Of a stretch of DNA of 64,000 bases, positions 29,361 through 45,231 are shown piece by piece. Both the position numbers and the translations under genes were made by a program. Origin of the DNA: Octopus vulgaris (Eukaryota); assembly GCA_951406725.2 (NCBI GenBank), contig OX597823.1, positions 86,056,001 through 86,120,000 on the forward strand, in the 5' to 3' direction. Under the pieces are notes generated by a model, which did no database searches, was not told the origin of the DNA, and worked only from the letters and a program-made list of their open reading frames with translations. How positions within the stretch are numbered: the stretch's first letter is position 1; every line of letters begins with the position of its first letter.

Positions 29361-29791
29361 TAAGAGAGAGTGACAGTAACAGAGGCAGAGAAAATTAGGT
29401 AGCGGCATGTGCAGAATGGACTCCAGGTATTGCAGAAAATAACTTTTGTAATGACTAGAAGGGAATTTCATAGAAAAGTTAAGGTTTATTTATCTATGTA
29501 AATTAATTTTATTTGCTTATTTAATTATTCTCCCTTTGTATGAAGTGAAATATATTTTTATATTCCCATAAGTTCTTACTATAATAACGATAAAGCAAAG
29601 GAGATTTTGAATTCGAGTTTACGATGATTAGTCTTGAGGCAACACTAAAATAACTTACACCATGAGACCCAGGGAAGGCGATCTATCTATTTAGTTATCT
29701 CTCTACCTTCCTACACTGTCTCTCTCTCATTCTATATATATACATACATATACATACATACATATACATATACATATATATATACACGCAT

Positions 29792-29840
<49 letters not shown>

Positions 29841-29922
29841 AATGGATACTTGTGTAGATATACATATATATGTTATTGTAAGTCTATCTATCTATTTATC
29901 TATCTCACTCTCTCTCTCTCTT

Positions 29923-29977
<55 letters not shown>

Positions 29978-30176
29978 TCACACACACATGCATACACACA
30001 CTCACACATACACACAAATGTGCACAGTCACATATATGTCTGTCTTTCTATCTATCGATTTATTTATTTAGCTAATTTCTGCATAGGCACATAAACATGA
30101 GCGTATATTTACATTTTGCGTTCATATGTTTGTATAAATAACCACACACACACATGCATAAGCCCAATTACATATG

Positions 30177-30237
<61 letters not shown>

Positions 30238-30347
30238 GTATTTATTTATATTTATATATATACATGTATACATATATATATATACACATATATACATATA
30301 TGCGTGTGTGTATATATATATGTATACGTGTGTATATATATACACGT

Positions 30348-30430
<83 letters not shown>

Positions 30431-31183
30431 TGTGCTTGCGTGCGCATGTGTAAGTGTAGGTGAAAAAATAGAGTATTATATAGCTATATACGCATGTGCA
30501 CACTTATCGTTTTCTGTGTGCGTGTGGCTGTATTTTAGCAGAATTTATTATTTCCCCTTCGGGTTATCGTCTTGTACCCACCATCAATATCCAAATATAT
30601 CTATTTTTTCAATTATCCTATTTTTTTTTCTTTCAAATAAATATTTAAACTTTAAAATTATGAGAAAATTTATATAAGTATTAATATAACCTACAGCATT
30701 TGAGAAATTATAGATAGCACCAAATACGCAGTGTATGCATCGACTTGGTTCGAAGAAAACGCACATTCACCCTCCCTGGGACGTATATTTAGGTGGGAAT
30801 GATAGTCATGTCGCATTTCATCATGGGCGGAAAAAATCAAATGCTTGTTTGGTCTTAACTGGTATCTTCTATCAGTTAATAATTCCTTCTCGTCAAGGCG
30901 GCGAGCCGTTAAATATACTTAGCGGTATTTTGTATGTTTTAACATTCTGAGATCAAATGCCGCTGGGGTCGACTTTGCCTTTGAAACATTTTGGGGTCGA
31001 AAAAATAAGTACCGGTTGAACATTGGGATCGATATCACTGATATAGTCCCTCCTCTGAAACTGATAAACTTATGCTAACGTAATCTCATCTATTTGAGAA
31101 ATTGTTATTCCCTCGGACGTCAAATTCTTCAACTTTTCTAAGTAAGGAAACACTTTAGAATCTCAATATTATTAACAAAACAA

Positions 31184-31585
31184 GGTGGCGAGCTGGCAGA
31201 AGCGTTAGCACGCCTGGCGAAATGCTTGGCGGTATTTCGTCTGCCGTTTCGTTCTGAGTTCAAATTACGCCGAGGTCGACTTTGCCTATCATCCTTTCGG
31301 GGTCGATTAAATAAGTACCAGTTACGCACTGGGGTCGATGTAATCGACTTAATCCGTTTGTCTGCCCTTGTTCGTCTCTTCTGTGTGTAGCCCCTTGTGG
31401 GTAGTAAAGAAATAGGTATTTAGTCTGTCTTTACTTTCTGTGTTCAAATTCCTTCGAGGTCGACTTTGCCTTTCATCCTTTCAGGGTCGATAAATTAAGT
31501 ACCAGTTGCGTACTGGAGTCGATCTAATCGAGTGGTGCCCCTCCTCCAAAATTTCGGGCCATGTGCCTAGAGTAGAAAACAATAT
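31184..31585 (+). mobile_element. SINE family A, composite
   Basis: Sequence match. A diverged copy lies at ~30897-31080 and a headless copy at 32823-32988. Confidence 0.85.
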
Positions 31586-31906
31586 TATTAACAACGTAAG
31601 GCAGTAAGCTTGTCAGAATTGTTCGTATGTCGAGAGAATAACTGCCATACTCTGAAAAATAAGGACTGGGGTTGCTACGTTCGATTAAGCCCCTTCAAGA
31701 TGGTGACCCATTATGGCTGCTGTCCAATGACTGAAACAAGTAAAAGATAAAACGATAAAGATGTTTTCTGCATAACTAAATGCAGTTTAAATTCCTTAAA
31801 GTGGTGTACAGGATATGAGCTTAATCAATTGAAACTATAACTAGTAATGAAACATAAAATCATTAACTTTATACTAACGACTCCTAAAAGGGTCAAGGGA
31901 GAGAAC

Positions 31907-32355
31907 TTTTTTTTTATGCCTTTAACCCTCCCACGCGGAGTATAGGCCACTTATAGTTGAATTCCATGTCGCATAATTTTTCGCTTCTGTACTTATACTC
32001 TGCCATGAATGTTCCCCTTTCTCTAGTTCCTTTTGTGTTTATCTACGCCACAAGTTCTTAGGCCTACCTTTCTTTCTATATCCATCCGGATTCCACTGTA
32101 AAGCACTTTTCGCTACATTTGGTGTGTCTTTTCTATTTGTGCTACCAGTCCACTTCCACTTTTTCTTTAATATTTGCTCCCTAATCGAAACTTGATTTGT
32201 TCTTTGCCATGGCTCCATATTGCTTATGTGTTCGGGCCATCTAATTTTAAGTATACTACACAAGCATCTGTTGATGAATGATTGTATTTGCTTATTTGAC
32301 TTAACTGCTGTTCGCCATGTCTCAGCCCCATACAATGACGCCGCTTTTACGTTAG
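31907..32355 (-). mobile_element. RTE-clade LINE 3' fragment
   Basis: LYGAETW..INRCL..ILKIRW...ISN..W..KWKW.G...RK....ALQWNP.G.RKKGRPK..WRR, ending in an A-run at ~31907-31915. Confidence 0.85.
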
Positions 32356-33118
32356 TGTTAACGAGATTTAAATCCATAAAAGTTAAAAAGACAAGCACGG
32401 GTTTGTAATTGTTTCTGATCATGGAAGACAATGTTGACAACTCCAAATAGATATAGAATATATTAGACTAGTTCAAAGAAGCTGCCGAAGATCAGACAAA
32501 TTCCTTCACCATTGCATATGTTGATCAAATGAAAATTTAAAAACTTTACTTCCTTTGTCACACTGAAATTAATTGTCATTAATATAAAAAAATATTTTCA
32601 TATGAGGCTACGAATCCAGTTCATTAAGAAATAGAGCACGTCGAAATAACGGGATCTGGCAGTTCCAGCACCCGTAGCAGATGATTCTCGTCCGCCGGCA
32701 ATATAAATGTGTGCGCTTGTATACATCATATAAATGTGTACGCTTTTATACATCAGGCTAAATAACGCAGATTTCGGTGTTCTAATTATACACTCACGTT
32801 AAGCTGATATAAAGCTGGATATACGTTCTGAGTTCAAATTCCGCTGAGGTCGACTTTGCCTTTCATCCTTTCGGGGTCGATTAAATAAGTACCAGTTACG
32901 CACTGGTGTCGATATAATCGACTTAATCCGTTTCTCTGTCCTTGTTTGTCCGCTCTGTGTTTAGCCCCTTGTGGGTAATAAAGAAATATATATATTTAAA
33001 AAAAGAACTACTATAGTATTATTTTGACAACGAAGCTACAATGAGTGTTTATTAAAAGAAATCTCGTTTGAATGTATATATGCACGTATGTGTGTTTGTG
33101 GTTGTGTGCACTTGAGAG

Positions 33119-33209
<91 letters not shown>

Positions 33210-33406
33210 CAACTTTAGAAAGACAGTGGAATTTCGCAAATCATTATCCCATATTTTTCACTACTGATTTTCAGATAATAATGGGAAAATGAATTAACAG
33301 TTTTATAATTGTTAATACAAGTCCTTACATGAGTAAAGGTATTTACATTGTGTGTGTATGTGTGTATGTACATGCATGTATGTATGTATATATGTATGTA
33401 TGTATG

Positions 33407-33454
<48 letters not shown>

Positions 33455-33629
33455 TGTATGTATGTATGTATGTATGTATGTATGTATGTATGTATATATG
33501 TATATATATATATATATATATATACATAGAGAGAGAGAGAGAGAGAGAGATACAGATACATATATGTGTATATTTGTGTGTGTGTATCTGTGTTGTGTAG
33601 TTGTGTGCGCGTGTATCTGTATTTGTGTA

Positions 33630-33677
<48 letters not shown>

Positions 33678-33761
33678 TGTGTATTTTATAAAGAGAAAGA
33701 GAGACAGACAGACACAAAAACAGATCGATCGATCGATCGACCGATAGATAGATACATAGAA

Positions 33762-33931
33762 AGAGAGAGTGTAATAGAGACAGGGAGAGAGAGAGTAATA
33801 GAGAGAGGGTGAGAGAGTGTAATAGAGAGAGGGAGAGAGAGTGTAATAGAGAGAGTGTAATAGAGAGAGGGTGAGAGAGTGTAATAGAGAGAGGGAGAGA
33901 GAGTGTAATAGAGAGAGGGAGAGAGAGTGTA

Positions 33932-33998
<67 letters not shown>
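33762..33998. repeat. GA-rich minisatellite (GAGAGTGTAATAGAGAGAGG) grading into (GA)n
   Basis: Direct reading. Confidence 0.85.
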
Positions 33999-34002
<4 letters not shown>

Positions 34003-34130
34003 CACACATACATGAATTTAACATGGAGAAATTTCTCATTGAAATTAAATTCCTTTTAGCGTACCACCTCATGTTAAGTATATTTCCGGCAATAATTTGG
34101 GGAATCATTATATATAAACAAGAAATATTT

Positions 34131-34466
<336 letters not shown>

Positions 34467-35119
34467 TCATGATCATTTAAAGAGACTTGGAATTGTCTGC
34501 AACGTAAAAGAATGGTGAAAGAGTGCAGCCAATACGCCTTATTAATAAAATCTCGAATCTTCCTCTATATGACTCTTGAACCGTCGTTGACAACTCTAAT
34601 GAACCAAGCGAAAACAAGATGTGAAACAAAAGTATATTTTAACGAAGAAGACGATGAAAAGAATGAAGCATTGATAAATTTATTCCAGTCTTTGATTGAG
34701 ATTAAAGTCATAAGTTATAAGTATTTCCGCTTGTATTTACTTCCAATTATTGAAATTATTCAAGCACAATAACCCAAATATTCATTTCATTAGTTTCATT
34801 AAATATTTCTACTGTTCACTGCAAGTCTTGAATAAGGCTATTGATGAGCAAAGCAGACTGGTTAGAAATCTTATTAAATTCCATGACAATCTCGGAAATA
34901 AATCATTATGGACTTGTGTATGAGTGAATTTACAGACGAAAGTAGAGGCAGAGGCATAGTTGTGTTGTTCGGAGTAAGAAGTTCGCATTGCATACATTAA
35001 TGTACATATGCGGATCCCTGTGCGTGGCAAGGGGCAACTATTTATTGCTTTAGCCTTCAGCTGACCAATGCAGTGTGAGCGTAATTCGAGAGAGCGAAAC
35101 AGTCCAGGGCCTTGCCGTG

Positions 35120-36556
<1,437 letters not shown>

Positions 36557-36629
36557 CTCGAAACGTAAAAGACTTTTTCTATTCCTGAGCGTTATACTAA
36601 TACAGCTATCTTCGTCTTTTGTTTTTTTC

Positions 36630-36664
<35 letters not shown>

Positions 36665-36802
36665 CACATACATACATACATACATACATACATACATACA
36701 TACATACATACATACATACATACATACATACCCACTCAAACATAGATTTATCAATATAAAAACACACACAAACTTACATGTACGAAGCTCGAAATCTATG
36801 TC

Positions 36803-36839
<37 letters not shown>

Positions 36840-37019
36840 GTATCTATCTATCTATCTATCTATGTATCTATCTATGTATCTATCTATCTATCTATCTATC
36901 TATGTATCTATCTATCTATCTATCTATCTATCTGTCTGTCTATTTATCCATCAGTCTGTCTGTCTTTCTCTGACCCTCTCTTTCTCCCTGTATGTATGTA
37001 TGTGTGTATATATATACAT

Positions 37020-37141
<122 letters not shown>

Positions 37142-37358
37142 TGGTGCTTGTTTACTCCTTGCTGACCACGTCTTCTAATTACACATTAGTTCTATCATGG
37201 CATCTTATGTGGCTTTTTAAACCAGAAAATGTTTTGAAAAGACACCCACATATATTATATATCTCCTTCGAACCACCAAGAGCTGCAGAACCCTAAGTTC
37301 TGATCTTTGTGGATCTTAAAATGTCCTTTGTTGCTTACTTTAGATTTGCAGACCTTAC

Positions 37359-37390
<32 letters not shown>

Positions 37391-37393
<3 letters not shown>

Positions 37394-37545
37394 ATGTAGA
37401 AAAATACAAACTGGGACAAGAACGTAAAACATTTAGAAGACGATACAAAAAACACGGACGGGACATTCGAAGCCTTCAATCTTCAGTCAAGAACCGGATC
37501 ATCCTAGCAATTTCAGCTGATTAATCTTGAGATTGCTCCGATCCG

Positions 37546-37548
<3 letters not shown>
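37391..37548. mobile_element. Partial third copy of the 35.3 kb element, between two (TA)n tracts
   Basis: Direct sequence match to 35265-35422. Confidence 0.65.
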
Positions 37549-37599
<51 letters not shown>

Positions 37600-37701
37600 G
37601 ACATTCAAGAAGTAAATATACACTTTTAATTTTCAAAATCTGTTATTTAATACACAAAGCGAACAATTGAATTGTAATCGATGTATGTAGGACTATATAC
37701 T

Positions 37702-38350
37702 TTAGTATTTAGTTGACATTCCCTTTGTAGTTTTTAATTCAGAAACTCTTGTTGGTATTGAACTGATGAGCTTTGTGATTGTCTCTTGTGGAATTTCTGC
37801 CCAGTTTTCACGCAATACTCGAAACAATTCATCTTTTAGATTTAGGTTTCTGCCGATTTTTTCGTATAGCTCTATCTAGTATGCTCCAAAGATTTTCAAT
37901 TGGGTTCATGTCAGAAGATTGGTTTGGCCAAGAAAGAATCTGATCACATTTTCAGTCAGCCATTGTTGATTTCTTTTCGCTGTGTGACATGGAGCCTCAT
38001 CTTCCATGAATAAAAAATCACTTTTCGTTATGTTATCGTGTGAATACACCGGAAGTAGTCCTTGCTTAACTATTTCAATGTATATTTCAGAGTTTATGGT
38101 TCCAACACATTCAATCAGCTCAGAACGACCATTGCTGGTGACAGCTCCCCATACCATTACAGAGATACCGCCATGTTTTACAGTTGGTTGGAGTCGTTTC
38201 AAATCAAATTCTTGATTGGGAAGCCTCCAGATCCAAACACGATCACTGTCTGAAAATAATGCAAATTTGGATTCATCTGAGAAAATCACTCTATCCCAAA
38301 CGAACAGGATTTTTCTAACATCTCCTTAGCCCATTTCTTTCTTTTCATGA
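37702..38350 (-). pseudogene. Tc1 transposase catalytic-domain fragment
   Basis: IFSDESKF, PTVKHGG.SVMVWG, FMEDEAPCHTAK, NPIENLW, KGMSTKY*. No TIRs recognised. Confidence 0.85.
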
Positions 38351-38354
38351 TATT

Positions 38355-38423
<69 letters not shown>

Positions 38424-38518
38424 TATGTATATATTTATATATGTGTGTGTGCACATATAAGCATGCAACAGCCGTACATATATTTGCCTATCTACCTAAC
38501 TCTCTTTTCATCCCTCTA

Positions 38519-38551
<33 letters not shown>

Positions 38552-38879
38552 GCTCGCACACACACATGCGCGCGCATGCACATGTGTATGTATGTACGAT
38601 TACATTATGACGTAAAGTTTTCTGATACATTCCATAAAATATAACTTGGATAAACTATGTATTTGAAAGATAATTAATGGTGAGAACGATATGATCTAAT
38701 AAATAAGGTGGGGTCCATCAATGACTGCAATCCAATGACTGGAACTAGGTAACGAGAAAAAAAATAATAAATAAATAAAATAAAGAAGAAGCAAACATCT
38801 TAATTCTAATTCTCGCATCTTTTACTATTGTTGAATTTTAATCAAGTAGTAGAGATATAGACTGTAGTAGTAGACTGGT

Positions 38880-39257
38880 AACGGTTCAAAGAGCCATGGA
38901 AAGGTCAATGCTTGGTATCTCGTTGAGAGAGCACCTAAGTAGCAAGATCATCAGAAAGAAGTCCGGCGTGAGAGATGTCATCGCAGAGTATACACGCAGC
39001 AAGTATAGATGGGCTGGACACGTCGCCCGGCTCACCGATAATCGGTGGACGCACGCAATTGTCGAGTGGTACCCGCGTGAGCGGAAAAGACCACCCGGAA
39101 GACCTCCACGACGGTGGAATTACGATTTCAGGAGGACGATTGGGATCACGTGGATGAGAAAGGCGCGATCCAGAGAGGAGTGGACAGTGTGCTGTGACCA
39201 GCAGTGTCAAATGGACGCCTGACGGACTGGTCGGTCAAAGTGATCAAAGTCAAAGTT
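38880..39257 (+). mobile_element. RTE-clade LINE 3' fragment
   Basis: MERSMLGISLR..KYRWAGHVARLTDNRWT..EWYPRERKRPPGRPPRRW, with a short GTCAAA-repeat tail. Confidence 0.88.
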
Positions 39258-39718
39258 GAGATATTTTCCCAGTTTTGTAAATTTAACAATATATATATAC
39301 TTCAACAGAGTTCTGTTTTCTCCCTTTTTTACGTATATCATAATGGCTGATTTTCGTTATTTTCCGGTAATCTTTCCTTAAATTAACGATAAGCGAGAAA
39401 AACGAGTTAACATACAAATATTGTAGTGAGAAATTTCAAGTGGCTTGCAAATCGCAGTAATCAGTTAATCTGTAATTCTTACGCACCTTTTGCGCATTAG
39501 AGTGTGGTCATAGCATGAGCACTATCTTCACGTATATTAATCGATTATGTTAATCTCAATGAATTGGATATACACTCTCTATCGAATTCTAGAGGCAAAC
39601 GCACGGTGGAAAAACAAGGGGTTTCTTGTCCTCTGTTCAAATTGATTCAGATATACCTCCTATGTTATATATATATATATATATATAAGCGAGAAAGAAG
39701 CAACAAGAATGGATAGGT

Positions 39719-39809
39719 TTTTAGTACAATCGTTTCATACAAGGACAGGCTTTATTAAAAGTTGCAAAAATTACAGCATATAAACGTGTCCCGTACTCAT
39801 CAGCTAAAA
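39719..39809 (-). ncRNA. Mirror-image hammerhead ribozyme in the left arm of the palindrome
   Basis: Reverse complement of 39994-40084. Confidence 0.75.
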
Positions 39810-39993
39810 TACATGTGAGTTCTCTAGACATCCTAGTGGTTGAGGCTATACTCATGAAGTAATGTAGATAATTAAGTAACATAATATAAACAGATTTCTA
39901 AAGTTCATTAAAGTTCATTAAAGATTAAAGATTATCTACATTACTTCATGAGTATAGCCTCAACCACTAGGATGTCTAGAGAACTCACATGTA

Positions 39994-40084
39994 TTTTAGC
40001 TGATGAGTACGGGACACGTTTATATGCTGTAATTTTTGCAACTTTTAATAAAGCCTGTCCTTGTATGAAACGATTGTACTAAAA
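39994..40084 (+). ncRNA. Type I hammerhead ribozyme in the right arm of a 189-bp palindrome
   Basis: UUUUAG-CUGAUGA-GUACGGGACA...UGUCCUUGUAU-GAA-AC GAUU GU-A-CUAAAA. 6-bp stem I, canonical core, long stem II with one bulge, GUA site after 40078. Confidence 0.8.
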
Positions 40085-40227
40085 ACCTATCCATTCTTGT
40101 TGCTTCTTTCTCGCTTATAATCACCCCACATTACTGTATTGTTAAATCAGTATAGATTTTTTTGGTGCATCTAAGTTAGGTACCATATTCAAGTTAATTC
40201 ATTTAAATTAACTTGAATCTTTATTGC

Positions 40228-40288
<61 letters not shown>

Positions 40289-40372
40289 TTAGAGACAAAA
40301 CCACTATTTTGCAAAACAAACAAGGAAAGACTTAATCAATACATAAAATTTTAATAAAACGTAAAAAAACCG

Positions 40373-40415
40373 CCACTACAATTGTTTCATGTCTTGAACG
40401 ACAATCTTCAGGTGG
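40373..40415 (-). ncRNA. Minimal type I hammerhead ribozyme
   Basis: CCAC-CUGAAGA-U-UGUC(GUUCAA)GACA-U-GAA-AC AAUU GU-A-GUGG. Palindromic stem III ACAAUUGU; the 10.1-11.1 position is a U-U mismatch. Confidence 0.75.
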
Positions 40416-41213
40416 ATTTCCGATCTAAAATATCAATATTTTAAAATATAAGTATAAAAAATAATTTTAAAATAATTAAAGTATCAATGAAAAAATATAA
40501 ATATATAACCTATATATAACCTATATATAATCCATATATAATCAATATATAAACTAAAATAAACCTATCAACAATTAAATATAAAACAAAATAAAAATAA
40601 ACTATATATACACCCATACACATATAACTAAGTATATATAACCATATCTAAATACATACACTAACTCACACACCTATATATATATCCCTATACATACACA
40701 TAAAAACGTCTAGGCAACGATAAATAAATAAAATAGCCAAATACTTCAACACAATACTTATTCATACTCCCTCACACACACATAGAACCCACATTCATAA
40801 ACAATATACGTATACCCGCTCACACATACATATACAAACATACAGAACTCGATATATACACCAATATATTCACACCCACATCTATACAGATAAATAAATT
40901 ACGCAAACAATCACACACACACACACACACACATTCACACATACATAAACACTCAAAAGAAAAATAAACAATTCTTTACACGTGGTGATCGAACGTTTTT
41001 TTTTAAAAATTATGAATGGAATAATATATAATCAACTTAAATATACAGAATTTACTACAAATCATTAATAAACCATCATGATAAATGAAACCCATATACA
41101 TATAATGATAAAACTCCCTTTACCATACACAATTATACCTATATAGCAATCTCCATATATACATTCACACACAAATATACATACGTAAAACACACACACA
41201 CAACATATACGTA

Positions 41214-42892
41214 CACTACCGTCAGAAATTAATTAGCACCCTTGATTTACTCTTCACTCAAGGTATTTGCTGTCACCTAGTGGCCATATCTCGAACTATT
41301 GCTTTGTTGCGAGTTCACTGTTGCGCAGAACGATGACGTAACATTGTTTGCAGAGCAGTTTGAGAGTCTACAGCCTAATGATGTTGACATAGCAGTGCAA
41401 CAACAACTTGGAGTGCAGATGCAGACAAATCTTCCTTTGTATAATAGATATAGGTGGCGCCTCGCAAGGACCGAAATCACACCGTACTAAGTTTTCTCAT
41501 CGCGTAAGACGTTTTGAACAGCTCGTAGGTTAATTGATTTGTGTATTTGCAAGATTTTTTTTCCTCACAAATTCTCCTACACTCTGCTTGGTGACGTCAC
41601 TTCCGGTTCACAAAACTTTCAGTTATACATCAAATAAGGTGAGAAATTCTGCTTTCTTTCTTTTTTGTTTAATGAATAATAACTCACAGCAGTTTTGTTA
41701 TAGCATAACATTATTCAAATGAACAGTTTTAATGAAAATAACTGGTTTTTATCGTACAATCCTAGATGGGCCCAAGACCTCGCATGACCTTGGAGAGACG
41801 GTACGAGGCTCTCTCGTGGCGTGGGAAGCTGTCGGAGGCTGCAATAGCCAGAAGACTTGGTGTAGCCAGGCGCACAATTCAGTGCTTATTTAAGAAATAC
41901 GAGGAAACCGGATCAGCAGCTGACAAAAAGGGTAGGGGACGGAAGAGGCTGACGACCCAGCGGGAGGACCGGATGCTGATCCGAAAGTCACTGTACAACC
42001 GAAGAGCAACGAGCCGGCAACTGGCGGAGGAGATGCAAAAGATGACAGGGAAGCAGTTGTCTACAACCACCGTCAAGATCAGATTACTGGAAGCTGGTCT
42101 AAAATCCTGTAGGGCCGCCCGTAAGCCGCTCCTTACAGCCCAAAACTGGAAGAGGCGGCTGCTCTGGGCCCATGCCCACAAGACATGGACCGTGCAGCAG
42201 TGGCGGACAGTGATGTTCACTGACGAGTCGCGATTCAGTCTCATCAGTGACAAGCCTGTCCATGTGCGACGCCGCAGGGGTGAGCGCTTCAACAAAGACT
42301 GCATTGCTCCCACCATGAAGCATGGTGGGGTGGTCTGATGGTGTGAGGGGCGTTCAGCTACAGTGGTGTTGGGCGGCTCTATGCCGTCGAAGGCAACATC
42401 AACGCAGCAAAGTACGTTGAGATAGTACGGGATACCTCTTTGGTGGCGAGGAGTACGTGCTCCAGCAGGAAAACGCGCCTTCCCACACAGCCAAGCTCAC
42501 AACCGGTTTCTTCAAGGACCATGACCTGACCTGAACCCTATTGAGAACCTCTGGAGTCGATTAGGTAGGGATTTGAATGAGCAGCAATACAGGAACCGAC
42601 ACGAGCTGTTTGGGGCACTTCTTGCAGCATGGAGGGCCATCCCTGCACAGTACCTGCAGGCACTCATAGACAGCATGCCGACCCGCGTAGCAGCTGTCAT
42701 TGCTTCCAAAGGAGGAGCAACAAGATATTGACAAAATTTCACGATTAATAACAATTATGTGGTGTGCTGGGATATGTTTTAATAAATTTTTGATTAAAAA
42801 CGAGTTCGTTTCTGATAATAAGTTAATTAAATTAAGAAAATGTAAGAAAATGTAGAAATTTGAGAAGTGCTAATTAATTTCCGACGCAAGTG
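41214..42892 (+). mobile_element. Tc1-family DNA transposon, 1679 bp
   Basis: Imperfect TIRs CACTACCGTCAGAAATTAATTAGCAC / GTGCTAATTAATTTCCGACGCAAGTG and TA on both sides. An empty target site is preserved at ~43915. Confidence 0.93.
41766..42731 (+). pseudogene. Tc1 transposase, frameshifted after ~190 codons
   Basis: HTH (IARRLGV), GRKRLTT, ARKPLLT, W..VMFTDESRF, PTMKHGG. Downstream frames give DLNPIENLWS and the C-terminal GGATRY*. Confidence 0.9.
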
Positions 42893-44075
42893 TATACCCC
42901 CTCACATATACATATACATACGTACTAAACTCGATATATACAACAATATGTTCACACCCACACTCATACAGATAAATAAATTACACAACTAAAATACGCA
43001 CACACACACATTCACACATACATAAACACTCAAAAGAAAAACAACATTACTACACATAATACGATATATAAAATACTTCATAAGTAACCAGAATATCATA
43101 AGTAACAAGATTAACATAAGGAGAAAAAATATACATACTTTCAAATCAGTTTCAATTTATGAAGTGAAATTAAACTCTAGCCGTTAAAAACATCAAACAA
43201 AATTACGTTACCATAGGAACCTAACATATGTATAAAAAGTATTCGCGCTCTGGAAACGAACGTCATTTAAAATTATGAATGGAATAAATGGAATTAAAAA
43301 TTATATTCACGTGGTAAACGAACATTACTTAAAAATTATGAATGGAATAATGTAATAAAATAACAAACATCATAAATAGACATAAATTCATACAAATTCT
43401 TTAATAAAACTACCATGATAAACTAAAACTCATAAATACATATAATAATAACACCTCCCTTTACTAAACTCTATAACATACCTATATAGCAATCCCCCTA
43501 ACCTATACATTCACACACAAATACACACACGTAAACCACACACCCACGACATATACAAATACCCACCTCACTCACACATACCTATACATACGTATAAACC
43601 TCGATATATACACCAAAAATTCACTCACACACCCATGCAGATAAATAAACATATACATCCTTAAAAATGGGTGCAATCTCACGCACATCAATCATGCATG
43701 TATACAAGTGCATACACAAGAATAATATATAATCAACTTAAATATACAGAATTTACTACAAATCATTAATAAACCATCATGATAAATGAAACCCATATAC
43801 ATATAATGATAAAACTCCCTTTACCATACACAATTATACCTATATAGCAATCTCCATATATACATTCACACACAAATATACATACGTAAAACACACACAC
43901 ACACAACATATACGTATACCCCCTCACATATACATATACATTAAGTCTTTCCTTGTTTGTTTTGCAAAATAGTGGTTTTGTCTCTAATTAATATTATATA
44001 ATATTTTACTTTGAAATTGGATTTAATCCTAAATCTGATTTTTTCCCTGTAAATTTGGATTTATTCCCTAATATT

Positions 44076-44126
<51 letters not shown>

Positions 44127-44211
44127 GTATATATACATATATATATTTATATACATGTATATATGTTTATATATACATATATTTATATATATGTATATTT
44201 ATATATACATG

Positions 44212-44277
<66 letters not shown>

Positions 44278-44329
44278 CAAACACAGGAACACAATCGTAC
44301 ACACAAACGCACACACATATGTATATACG

Positions 44330-44477
44330 CTGTGTGTAAGTAGCTTGCTTACCAACTACATGGTTCCGGGTTCAGTCCCACTGCGTGGCATATTAGGTAA
44401 GTATCTTCTATTATAACCACAGGCCGACCAAAAACTTGTGAGTGGATTTGGTAGACGGAAACTGAAAGAAGCACGTC

Positions 44478-44537
<60 letters not shown>

Positions 44538-44760
44538 TGTGGTTGTGTGTTTGTGCTTCTGTATTTGTCCCCCAATATCACTTGACAACCGAAATTGGTA
44601 TGTTTAGCTCCTCGTATCTTAGCGGTTCGGCAAAAGAGACCGATAGAATAAGTACTGGGCTTACAAAGAATAAGTCATAGGGGTCGATTTTCTCGACTAA
44701 AGGTGATGTCCCAGCATCGCAGCAGTCAAATGGCTGAAAGAAGTTAAATAATAAAAGAAT
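44330..44760 (+). mobile_element. SINE family B
   Basis: Sequence match; immediately followed by an inverted 5' half at 44762-44915. Confidence 0.85.
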
Positions 44761-44911
44761 ATGACGGGATTCTTTCAGTTTCCGTCTACCAATTCCACTT
44801 GCAAGACTTTGGTCGGCCCCAGGCTATAGTAGAAGACATTTGCCCAAGGTGCCACGCAGTGGGACTGAACCCGGAACTATGTGGTTGGTAAGCAAGTCTC
44901 TTACCACACAG

Positions 44912-44966
<55 letters not shown>

Positions 44967-45147
44967 AATACACTCATACAAATGCAAAAACACACATAAG
45001 TATACATATATATTGTATGTATAGAGAGAGAGAGAGAGAGAAAGAGACGAGGGAAGAGAGAAAGAAACATGGAGATATATAGATAATTTTATACAAGTGG
45101 AAATATATATTTATCTATTAATGTATCCGTTTGTCTATCTATCTATA

Positions 45148-45231
<84 letters not shown>

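Larger units (their letters stand above)
39684..40232 (+). mobile_element. Inverted-repeat element with 3' tail (non-autonomous Penelope-like)
   Basis: Arms 39684-39872 and 39931-40119 (189 bp, apparently perfect), 58-bp spacer, unpaired tail 40120-40232, bounded by (TA)n on both sides. Confidence 0.65.
40278..44080 (-). mobile_element. Long non-coding hammerhead-bearing element with ~57-bp inverted ends plus tail, interrupted by Tc1
   Basis: Terminus AATATTAATTAGAGACAAAACCACTATTTTGCAAAACAAACAAGGAAAGACTTAAT at ~40281 recurs inverted at ~43940-43998, followed by an ~80-bp tail into (TA)n. The body is homologous to 48128-49803. Confidence 0.6.

Noticed and set aside
34470-34540. HLKRLGI..KSA as an RLE-LINE remnant after (ATT)n
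   Set aside because: Too short and degenerate to support.
35052-35112. CTGACCA...GCGAAACAGTC as a hammerhead
   Set aside because: G8 is missing and stems I and II are not convincing; single copy.
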